This document shows, piece by piece, positions 55,153 to 64,000 of a stretch of 64,000 nt of DNA. The notes under the pieces are model-generated. The model searched no databases. It was not told where the DNA came from and worked only from the letters and a program-made list of their open reading frames with translations. The stretch comes from Diplonema japonicum (lineage: Eukaryota > Protista > Euglenozoa: Diplonemea): assembly GCA_964019335.1 (NCBI GenBank), contig OZ025706.1:186001-250000 (forward strand). Direction: 5' to 3'. Each line of letters starts with the position of its first letter. The stretch's first letter is position 1. The position numbers and the translations under genes were made by a program.

Positions 55153-56013
55153 TTATTTTACAAAGCCAGGCACGATGGGGGTGTTGTTAGGTTGCAGGGA
55201 AGGGTCGGAGAGGGGGGTGATGGTGGTTGAAAAGGTGTCCTGCTGCGGTAGGGGCAGCGTCGACGAGAAATCGGAGGTGGAAGAAGGGATAGGGTAGGGA
55301 AGCGCCGGGAATCCTTGCAAGGCGGTGGCGGGCTTGAGAGGCTGAGGGAGATTGTTGGCGGGGATCACGTCGAAGGTGCCTTGCCAGCCCCAGTTCTCCC
55401 ACGTGGTGGTGTTGTCGTCCCAACGCACCGCGATGACCCCTTGCGCAGCTCTTTCAACTACATAACCAAAACCCCGGCCAGTTGGGTCGTTCTTCCGGAT
55501 CACCCTTTGCCCCATTTGAACCCCAAAACACCACTCCCCACGAGGCTCAGCAGGGGCTGTGTTCTCAAACATAACAGGGTACAGCCAGGGGAATGCGTTC
55601 AAGCTAAAGCTCTTCCTGTCCACCACCAACGGGAACTCAATGCTCCTCTGTATCACATCCACACTGAGAAATCCTTCCAGCGCTTCGTTCGAATCTAGAA
55701 TCGCGCGATCGTCCGTGTTGTCGGCTACGTCCCAATTCTTGATAACCACGAGGTCCTCGTAGCTGCTTTGAAGCTGTAAAATCTGATTCGTTCTTTTCTT
55801 GAAATCCCTTCCTGTCAACAGCCCGTCTAGGGTCACCACTCGTATCACCCCTTCGTAGGTGATGTAGACACCGGAGGTTGGCATGTACGCTGTGCGGTTT
55901 CTAGGCCTGCACTTTTTCCATAAAAACACAAGCAAGCACCCGCAGTAGCAACTTGCCGTGAGGGCTGCTATGAACATGATCTCTGCGGCGCCGAACGAAT
56001 CGAACAACGCCAT
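55153..56013 (-). CDS. Single-pass membrane protein with Mib/Herc2-like domain
   Basis: N-terminal TM; GVQMGQRVIR...GFGYVV...VRWDD...WGWQGTFDV. Confidence 0.6.
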   Translation of the reverse strand: MALFDSFGAAEIMFIAALTASCYCGCLLVFLWKKCRPRNRTAYMPTSGVYITYEGVIRVVTLDGLLTGRDFKKRTNQILQLQSSYEDLVVIKNWDVADNTDDRAILDSNEALEGFLSVDVIQRSIEFPLVVDRKSFSLNAFPWLYPVMFENTAPAEPRGEWCFGVQMGQRVIRKNDPTGRGFGYVVERAAQGVIAVRWDDNTTTWENWGWQGTFDVIPANNLPQPLKPATALQGFPALPYPIPSSTSDFSSTLPLPQQDTFSTTITPLSDPSLQPNNTPIVPGFVK

Positions 56014-56155
56014 TTTTCTTTCCCCTCCCCTCCCTCCCCCTCTGTTGTGAAAAGGTTCTTTCGTTTTTTTTCTTGGGGAAGGGGGGAAAAGAAAAAATGA
56101 AGAAGGAAAAAAAGAAAAAAAAACCCTTTTTCTTTTTTCTTTTTACAAGGTTTCT

Positions 56156-59100
56156 TCAAACAAGCCTTCTCCTCAGCCACCCCTGCCACAACTGCATCCC
56201 CGCCCTTGCGTACGGAAGCACGTTTACGAACTCCTCGGAACGTTTGGAAAGCCTCTTCAAGGTTTTCTCGCAAAATTCATTATCACTATGATCGCCCAAT
56301 CCTTCGGCGAAGTAGTGCGACAGAGGGAAAACGGAAGACGTTGGTGGAAGCGATTTTAAATGCAACGACCATTCCTGTTGGGTTAGAGTCGGGACGGCCC
56401 ATGAAGACGCTGGAAAGGAAAACGAAGGGAGGGACCAGGTCCCGGGGGTGAGGCACAGCTCGAGGATGTGCTCCGCCGCCACATCGACAGGGCAGAGGCT
56501 GAGGGTGGAGGAAGGGTGGGAGTAAGATTTACCGGTTTTGAGAAACTCCACAGTGTACCGGGTCAGCCAGTCAGCAGGGTTGCAGCGACCCGTGCGCGAG
56601 TCGGGGCCGAGCATCCCACATCTCACGATAACCGCTTTTTCTTTCAACGTGTTTTTGCATATTTCCTCAGACACCCATTTCGATTGAATGTATCCAGGGT
56701 ACTTGTCGGCAGTGGCCACCGAGCAGTCTTGTGCTGAACTGCTCGACAGATAGCACACAGGAAGCCCTGTCTGCAACGCCCTCACGGTGGAAGCTACGTT
56801 TGGGTTTTTCAAGCCCTCATATGCCTTCAGATGGTTCACGTCGCACGCTGCGTGTATGACACAGTCTGCAGGGCCGACCGCAGGGAACCCATGTGTGACA
56901 TCGCCCTCTACGATTTCAACTTTCTCAAGGTTCTTCCTCTCGGCCTCTGTGACGCACACTGACTCCATCCTTGACCTGATAGACACAGACTCCGATCTTC
57001 TGACAATGCATACCACATCCAAACCTCTTTCCACCGCTTTCTGTACAATCGAGAAACCCAAGAAACCGGCCCCGCCCGTGACTAATACCCGGTTGGTTTG
57101 TTGGGTGTGTTGGAAAGGCGGCTGGACATCAACCGCTGTGACTTCTTCTCTCCAATTTACCTTTCCCCCTCCTTCCTCTCCGCGTACGAGGCCGACGAGG
57201 CGGGGTAGGTCCCCAGCCGCCTGCAACAGTACGCCCACGGAAACAACCTTTCCAAAAGCCCGCTTGATGAAATTTCGAAGCAAGACACATTGGATCGAGT
57301 CCCAGTGTGTTGTCCTCCACTGGTCAAGTTCCCAGTGTTCCGGGGTGGTTTTTTGTTGCCCGGGGGCCGCGTACTTTTCCAGTATTTGGAAGACGGGCCC
57401 TGTCTTTTCGCACGAGTAGGAGTCGTCCAGCGTTTGCTGAAGCATCGCGTCGATTTCATTGTGGAAGGCCTCCCTCAGATTCTTCCGGTTCATCTTCAAG
57501 GTTTCGGTCAGCAAACCGTTTTCAAAGCTCCAAGGCTGGTGTGAAACGTATATTTTCGATGGCGTTTCGTACGGTGTCAGGTTGGCTCTTCTGCACTCCT
57601 CCTGAATTTCGAGGAGTAAATCAGATCCGTCGCTGCACCATCGAGATGCGTCCGCAACCACAACGACAGCCACAACAGATGGGTACGCCGATCCACCGGT
57701 AACAAGGGCGTTGGACACACCGGGGATTTTTTCAAGGATCTTTTCGGGGGTTTCCGGTGCGACCCACAGCCCGTTCGAGGACTTGAAGAACGATGCCTTC
57801 CTGTCGATGACCTTCACTGTTCTCTCGTCGAGGAGGATGCCAATGTCGCCCGTGCGGTAGAACCCGTCGGGGTCGACAAGGGATGAAGATGAACCCCCGA
57901 TGTACCTGGAGCACATTGTGGTGGTCCGGACGCAGATCTCACCCCTCGGAAATGGTTTGTCGGTCGACTTGTACGCTTCCCAGTCCACGAGCTTCACCTC
58001 CACACCGGGTTCTAAAAAACCCGATTTCGTGATGGATCCGACCTCGGTTGTTCCGTAGTTCTCGGTGACGTTGCAGTGGATGAACGTGTCCTTCATCCAA
58101 TCCATAATGGCGGGGTTGGGGAGTGCGCCACCGGAGTTAAGGTGGTTTGCCCGTGACCCGAGCGAGTCGCGAGCTTCCCGCTTGGCTTTCAAAGACCCTA
58201 TCACGGCGGCCCGCTCCTTGTACCTCCCATAGAACGCTGCCCACAAGGTTGGGACCAGGCTTAAGCTTGTCGGCTCGATGATCTTCACAGCATCGAAATG
58301 GGGGACTTCGCCTAAGATGGCCTGCCTCCCACCGTTGCATAAAATGCGAAGCATGTTTTGCACCGTCGACCCTATCGACAAGGGGCTGCAGAACCCCACC
58401 ACCAACAGGTCGGAGTCCATGATGGAGATCGAACTCCTAACGGCCGCTTCTGAAATGACGACGCCCTTCCGATGGCCGGTGCTGCCGCTTGTGTATGCGA
58501 CATAAGCTGGAGACCCAGTGCGGGGTTCCGGGGTGGTGGAGAGCAGCTCCACACCGTCGAGTGAGAACGCGTCGTTTTCTTCAGAGTAACTGGATTTGAT
58601 GGCATCCCATGTGAAGGGAGCTGGTGTCCCGTTGTTCGTCGTCACGGTGCCGGCAGAGCTGTTAGAAAATCGGAGAATAACTTCTCTCCCTGTTTCACGG
58701 TCCACCCCCGAGTAGTAAAAACCCTTTGTAGGGAGCGTCGGTTTGTTCTTCGGGACGTAGACGGTGGGGTTTCTCATCTCGCGCTTAAGGTCGTTTATGA
58801 CGCTTTCCACATCCTTCTCTGTGCTGGCTTGGGGCAATGGAACGAACGTCACACCACACAGTAAACAAGCTATGACCGCTGCGGTACATTCATATGATGA
58901 GTCGGTGACCAGCACCACTGTGTCGTGGTGTTGGATGGCCAAGGCTTCATTGACAACCATTTGCCTGAAATCGTTGAATAAGAGCCATTCGGGGTTCTTA
59001 CTGTCTCTGTCTCCCGTTGTTAAGGTTGTAAGGCATGGGTAGCCCTCGTAGGCTGTGAGGGCTGCCCAGATTGTCTTCGCGGTGGTGGGCTGCAGGACCC

Positions 59101-59335
59101 CCTTTCGGATCACCTCTAGACGGTACCCCGCGTCCTTCAGCTTGAAATCCTTCCTCCTCACCGTTTCGATCTGCCGTCCCACCACGATGTCAATAACGCT
59201 GTCATCGTCCTCCCTCACAGGGGTGTGGCCTCTGAATGGTATATAGGGCCTTGAGACGACTGTGCAGAACACCCCTTCTGAGGTGTGCCCTGTGCTGCCA
59301 GGGCGTACGCCTCCATCGGATATGCTTTCGAGCAT
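56156..59335 (-). CDS. Carboxylic acid reductase-like / NRPS-like enzyme (adenylation - carrier - thioester reductase)
   Basis: YTSGSTGHRKG, YGTTEVG, TDKPFPRGEI, YRTGDIG, IDRK; carrier-type WDSIQ; reductase VTGGAGFLG and GYIQSKWVSE. Confidence 0.85.
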   Translation of the reverse strand: MLESISDGGVRPGSTGHTSEGVFCTVVSRPYIPFRGHTPVREDDDSVIDIVVGRQIETVRRKDFKLKDAGYRLEVIRKGVLQPTTAKTIWAALTAYEGYPCLTTLTTGDRDSKNPEWLLFNDFRQMVVNEALAIQHHDTVVLVTDSSYECTAAVIACLLCGVTFVPLPQASTEKDVESVINDLKREMRNPTVYVPKNKPTLPTKGFYYSGVDRETGREVILRFSNSSAGTVTTNNGTPAPFTWDAIKSSYSEENDAFSLDGVELLSTTPEPRTGSPAYVAYTSGSTGHRKGVVISEAAVRSSISIMDSDLLVVGFCSPLSIGSTVQNMLRILCNGGRQAILGEVPHFDAVKIIEPTSLSLVPTLWAAFYGRYKERAAVIGSLKAKREARDSLGSRANHLNSGGALPNPAIMDWMKDTFIHCNVTENYGTTEVGSITKSGFLEPGVEVKLVDWEAYKSTDKPFPRGEICVRTTTMCSRYIGGSSSSLVDPDGFYRTGDIGILLDERTVKVIDRKASFFKSSNGLWVAPETPEKILEKIPGVSNALVTGGSAYPSVVAVVVVADASRWCSDGSDLLLEIQEECRRANLTPYETPSKIYVSHQPWSFENGLLTETLKMNRKNLREAFHNEIDAMLQQTLDDSYSCEKTGPVFQILEKYAAPGQQKTTPEHWELDQWRTTHWDSIQCVLLRNFIKRAFGKVVSVGVLLQAAGDLPRLVGLVRGEEGGGKVNWREEVTAVDVQPPFQHTQQTNRVLVTGGAGFLGFSIVQKAVERGLDVVCIVRRSESVSIRSRMESVCVTEAERKNLEKVEIVEGDVTHGFPAVGPADCVIHAACDVNHLKAYEGLKNPNVASTVRALQTGLPVCYLSSSSAQDCSVATADKYPGYIQSKWVSEEICKNTLKEKAVIVRCGMLGPDSRTGRCNPADWLTRYTVEFLKTGKSYSHPSSTLSLCPVDVAAEHILELCLTPGTWSLPSFSFPASSWAVPTLTQQEWSLHLKSLPPTSSVFPLSHYFAEGLGDHSDNEFCEKTLKRLSKRSEEFVNVLPYARAGMQLWQGWLRRRLV

Positions 59336-59586
59336 TCTTCTTATTTCCCTACCTTTTTTTTTTTTATTTTATTTTTTTTTGTTCGTTATCATGGATAGGC
59401 AGGCTCTCCCTGGGGCTTGGGGTTGCTGTGTTGAGACTGCATGGTTTGCTTTGTTGTCTCTGTGGTGGTTCTTTTCTTCTTTTTTTTTTTATATTTTTGT
59501 TGACTTCGATAAAACGAAAAATAAATATAGGGCGCAATAGAAAAAAAAGAAAAAAAAGAAGAGTCGGCTGATTGTTTGTGCAAGCC

Positions 59587-59635
<49 letters not shown>

Positions 59636-59894
59636 GAAAAAAAAGAGAGGAAAGGAACTACTGACCGTTGTAATTTTGGAAAGGTTCAAGAAAGAAAAAA
59701 AAAATAACCGTTTTAGCAGCGAACTCGAACCAATGATACCATGTAGGTGCGAGGGGAAACAAAGGGGGTTCAAGTTTTTTTTTTTTTTTCTTTTCTTTTT
59801 TTTTTGTTGCAGTCGGATAAAAAATAAAAATCGAAAACGCATGATTAACGAGGGTCTGCACCATTTCTTCTTCTTTTTTTTTCTTCCATTTTCC

Positions 59895-60683
59895 TTAAGC
59901 AATGTTGCGCAGGCCCCTCACCACCGTGAAGACCTCCAGCTCCGTGGCGCCCTCCCCGAGACCTGCGCACTTTCGAACCCCGTCGCTCCCGGATCTCAAA
60001 AAAGGGTTGGTTTTCCTTTCCAACCCGATAGTTGTTGGAATGGTGGCCTGGCCGGCCTTACGAAGTTTTCGAACTTCTTCGAGGCGATCCTGAAGGTCAA
60101 CGTTGTAGGGGTCTAAGGAAATCGAGAATTCAGCGTTTTTGAGAGTATACTCATGTGCGCAGTACACCAGCGTCTCGTCAGGTAGTGCTGCAAGGGTCGT
60201 CAAGCTTTCTAGCATTTCACGAGGGGTCCCTTCAAAGAGCCGCCCACAGCCCATGGAGAAGAGGGTGTCTCCTACGAAGATGGTCTTTTCTGAAGGGAAG
60301 TGGTATGTAATGTGCCCAGTGGTGTGTCCGGGGGTGTGCCGCACCGTTACGTCGAGGCCTGGTGCTAACCTGAAAATTTCATTGTTTTTTACAGCATTCG
60401 TCACTCCTGGAAGCCGTTGTAAATCTCCTTCAAAACCATACACCGCGCACCCATACATTTTTTTGAGCTCCATGTTCCCTCCCACGTGGTCGTCATGGTG
60501 GTGCGTGTTCAGGATCGCGTCGAGTTTCCACCCTCTCTCCTCCATTGCGTCCACCAAGGGGCCCACCTCTGGGGTGTCTACGCATGCTGTTATACCGCTA
60601 GAGTGAACCAGCCACCCGTAGTTGTCGCTGAGGCATTTTACCCGTACTACCTCGAAGAGTTTTGGTGCTGTTTTTTTCAGCAT
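59895..60683 (-). CDS. GLO2: Hydroxyacylglutathione hydrolase (glyoxalase II)
   Basis: DNYGWL, THHHDDHVGG, TPGHTTGH, GDTLFSMGCGRLFEG, CAHEYT, ERKTNPFLR. Confidence 0.95.
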   Translation of the reverse strand: MLKKTAPKLFEVVRVKCLSDNYGWLVHSSGITACVDTPEVGPLVDAMEERGWKLDAILNTHHHDDHVGGNMELKKMYGCAVYGFEGDLQRLPGVTNAVKNNEIFRLAPGLDVTVRHTPGHTTGHITYHFPSEKTIFVGDTLFSMGCGRLFEGTPREMLESLTTLAALPDETLVYCAHEYTLKNAEFSISLDPYNVDLQDRLEEVRKLRKAGQATIPTTIGLERKTNPFLRSGSDGVRKCAGLGEGATELEVFTVVRGLRNIA

Positions 60684-61218
60684 TTTTTTCTCCCCCCCCC
60701 TCCCTTTTTTTTTTGAAACGTAATTTTTTGAACTATAAAAAATGAAGTAATAAATAAAAAAAAAAAAAACAAGGAAAAAATTTTCTTTTTTTTTTTGATT
60801 AAGCTGACCAACCATGCAAGGGGGGGGATGAACGGGAACAAGAGAAAGATAATAAAGACAAGTTTCAGTACTGCGGTGTAGGGACAGGGGGGGAGGGCAT
60901 GTTCCAGTTTTGTTATCATCTTATTTTTTTTTTAAATGTATTTATACACCACTTTCTTCTTTTTTTTGTTTTGCCTTCAGCAGTTTACAAAAGAAAAAAA
61001 AGGGGGGGGTTCTTCCTCTTAAAAAAAAAAAACACTAAAATTTGTTTCTTTTTGAACAACAAAAAACTCATGAAATAAGTTTCTTTGTTTTTTTTTTTCT
61101 CCCTCCCCCCTTTCGCTTCTGCCCCCCCCCCCCCCCACTATTAAAAAAAACACACTATAAAAACAAGAAAAAAAAAGACACCCCCTCCTCCCCCACCCGC
61201 CATTTTTCTGCTTCATAT

Positions 61219-64000
61219 TTAGTCCTCAGACATTTCGTCAGACTCCTCTTCGTCAGAGCTGAGGGGCTCTTTGACTTCGATCTATAGGGGGAAAAAAATT
61301 TCGAAAAAAAAAAAATAAAAAAAATACAAACCTCGAAAGGCACCTCCTGATCGACACCAAGGTAGCTGTCGCACATGAAGTAGAGAGTGAGGGAGTGTTT
61401 CCCCTCCCTTGGGGCGACGAACTCAACGGAGATTTTGTTCGCACGCTCGACTGTGACACGGCGAACGACGTGGACGTAGTTTGCCTTCTTGTCGCCGATG
61501 ACGACCCACCAAGACTCCTTCTTCTCCTGCGGGAAGAGCGGACTGTACACCGAAGGGACAGGGTCTTCGTCATCAAGCTCTCGTGTCATGTTAACCTTTA
61601 CGACAACAGGCGTCCCTTGGTGGAGGTCATCAGCGTCTTCGACCTCATGCACAATCTCGATGTTGGGATAGGAGTTGCACGCCTTTGCAACAGCAGACAT
61701 CTGCTTGTTGTTAAAACCCAAGAGCTTGTCACGGTCGGCGTCCTCCATGTCCAGCAGGTCGAAGATCCCTTCCACCCCAGCCGCCTCGCATTTCTTAACC
61801 AACACCGGTGTGAAGTAAGGAATTTGCAACAACGGGCTATCCCGGTCCCACATTCCTTGAACCACCATCTGGCAGACTTCCATGCAAGACAACAATGGGG
61901 TCAGCCATCTGTTCGATCCTACAACGTCTACCAATGCGTAGAGGAGCGGGACGGTTTGTGGGAGAAGCATCTTGAGGTCGCCCATCAGTTCAGGGGCGAA
62001 GGACTTCCTTGAGAAGTGCGCGTGAAGAAGCAGGCTGACCTTGCAGTTCGGGCTGTCGAAGCTGAGGTCCGCCTGCTTGATACCGCAGTGCTTCGAAAGC
62101 TTCTCGAGCTTCACGTCCTCGTGGTGCCGGATCACCGTCCCAGCGAACTCTGTTGCAGAGCTCAGGATCTCAATCAGCTCACGGATCTTCGACTTCTCCT
62201 TCACAGATGAAGCAAATATCTCAATGGTGGTGTATTGGATGTAGTAGTACGCCGCGATCATCCCAAGGTTCGCTTCCTCAAGGTTCTCTCTAATCTCACC
62301 GGTTTCTGTTTTCTGCTCATCGACTGTGATACAGCCAGCGTCTTGGAGGGACTTGATGGAGTTCTCGACAAGTTCAGACAGGTACTCCGACATGTGCTCG
62401 TGGCTCAGGCCGAACATTCTGTAGAAGAGAGGGTTTTGTCGCAGCCTTCTGTACAGGAACGTCCACGTCAGGTAGTCGACGGCGTCCTGCTTCGCTTCGA
62501 TCGTCTTGTAAACGATCTCGGAGTTGAGATGGTCGATGATGAACCCTTCAAGCTGGCTCTCCACAGGGAAGGGGTCGTAAAGGACCTTCTTGAGGTACGC
62601 CTTTCTCGGGGTGTGGCACATGACTAAGGCAACGCCTTGCTCGTCATGCTGCTGTCTCCCTGCTCTCCCCACCATCTCCAGCATGTCTGCGAGGTTGTAG
62701 TCCACGTGCCTGTACTCCTTCCCGTCGTAGTACTGCGTTCCTAAGGTGATGACCATGTAAGCAGAGAGTGACAGTTTGTACACCATTGTGTATGGTGCTA
62801 CCACAATCTGGATCGCGCCGATCGAGGAGTCGAAGAGCCCACCCACGACGGCCTTGTCCGTCTTCGCCATCCCTTCGTCGAAGAAGCCGATCCCGTATGA
62901 GAGCGCCTTCTTCAAAAGGCGGTCCTTCACAAGTTCCATGTGCGGCTCCATCTCCTGCTCCTTGCAGTGCAGGAACTGCTTCGGTTCGATGTCACCTGCG
63001 CACAGCGTCAACATTTCGATTACTAGGTCGTACTGTTTTTTTCTTTTGAAATAAAATCAAAAAAAACATACCGTAACCCTCTTCGACGGGGTGAAGATGA
63101 TAACTGGCTTCCCTTGGGCCTGCTGCTTTACCGCGAGGTATGCTGGTTTATGCATCGAGATTGTTCGTGTGGAAAACCCGGGCTGTTTTTTTTCTTTTTT
63201 TTTTTCTTCTTTTTAAATACCTGGTCGAATCCCCTTAGGCTGATCTCGATGGGGGTAGGCCGCGCGCTGGGGTGGAAGTTGAAGACAGCAGGGGAAGGGC
63301 AACCCAGCCACATCCCAACGTCCTTCGCATGCAGAAGGGAGTGGGCAAGCCCCACGATACGGATCTTCTTGCCGTCCTGCTGGGTGTTTGATGAGATGTA
63401 GCGCATTCGGGACACGACGATCTCCATCGTTGGGCCGTCGATAGTAGAGAGCATGTGCAGGTCGTCAGCAACGAAGAGCTTCACCGTAGTGATGTTGCGT
63501 CTCTTCTGCCATCTCCGCGACAGCTTGTCCCACCACTTGGCCGTCGTCATTATGATTTCACCGCTCTGTGTTGATTATGTTTGTTTTGTTTTATTACTCC
63601 AAACCTCCAGCAATTTCAAGTCGATGGCGGTGTCCCCCGTCAGGACGACCACTGTCTTCCCAAGCTTTTCGCCGAACTTCACTTTCCAAACCTTTTTTTT
63701 TTTAATAATTTTTATTTTTACTTTTTTTTTTCCCCCGAGAAACAAACCTCATGTGTTGCGGCGACCTGGTCGTCTGTCGGGGCCACGTAGACACCTCTCA
63801 CCCTCTGCCCCTGCGCCTCGTTGAACATCGCAAGGAACGCAAACTCAGCAAGCATTGTCTTACCCGAACCGACAGGAGCACAGATAAGAGCATTGTCCGC
63901 AGTCTTGTAGACAGTGTGGAACACCTTTATTTATTTATTTATTTATTTTAATTTCTTTTTTTCTTTCCAAACCTGTGTCTGAATCGGGTTCAGCGTCTTG
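61219..64000 (-). CDS. BRR2: U5 snRNP helicase Brr2 (C-terminal cassette and Sec63 domain); 5' part outside the window
   Basis: NPIQTQ|VF, APVGSGKT, KWWDKLSRRWQKRRNI, PVESQL, QDAVDYLTWTFLYRRL, KESWWVVIGD, FMCDSYLGVDQE. Six phase-0 introns: 63925..63972, 63692..63747, 63566..63604, 63183..63220, 63033..63071, 61282..61331. Confidence 0.93.

Noticed and set aside
1-64000. Alternative genetic code or non-canonical (non GT-AG) introns
   Set aside because: Conserved proteins translate cleanly with the standard code, and every frame break in host genes is repaired by a GT-AG intron; in-frame stops occur only in TE remnants.

Overview
Eukaryotic nuclear DNA, most plausibly a euglenozoan protist of the diplonemid type (inferred, not proven). 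About 27 protein-coding genes all lie on the minus strand with no strand switch in 64 kb. Short mitochondrial-type presequences begin MLRR. Intergenic DNA is dominated by long A/T/G/C homopolymers. Reading frames by hand recovers 19 short GT-AG introns (35-73 nt) in host genes. They have GT(A/T/G)TG donors, mostly A-rich or AC-rich 3' ends in place of a polypyrimidine tract, five AAG acceptors, and 15 of 19 are phase 0. Recognisable products: receptor-type adenylate cyclase-like protein (missed by the ORF track), CAF1/PARN nuclease, a GbpA-like AA10 LPMO fused to a CBM1-like module, a degenerate DEAD-box protein, thioredoxin, phospholipase C/phosphoesterase, Sam50, sepiapterin reductase, lipin, a PaaK-like ligase with an inserted DysF domain, a Canopy-like ER protein, RCC1 and Kelch proteins, an APC transporter, a carboxylic-acid-reductase-like A-T-R enzyme, glyoxalase II and Brr2. 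Mobile DNA: decayed piggyBac and hAT elements (both transposases antisense to the host genes), two copies of a TA-flanked MITE, a small hAT-like MITE and a ~90-bp dispersed repeat. The piggyBac and the TA-MITE share identical internal sequence blocks.
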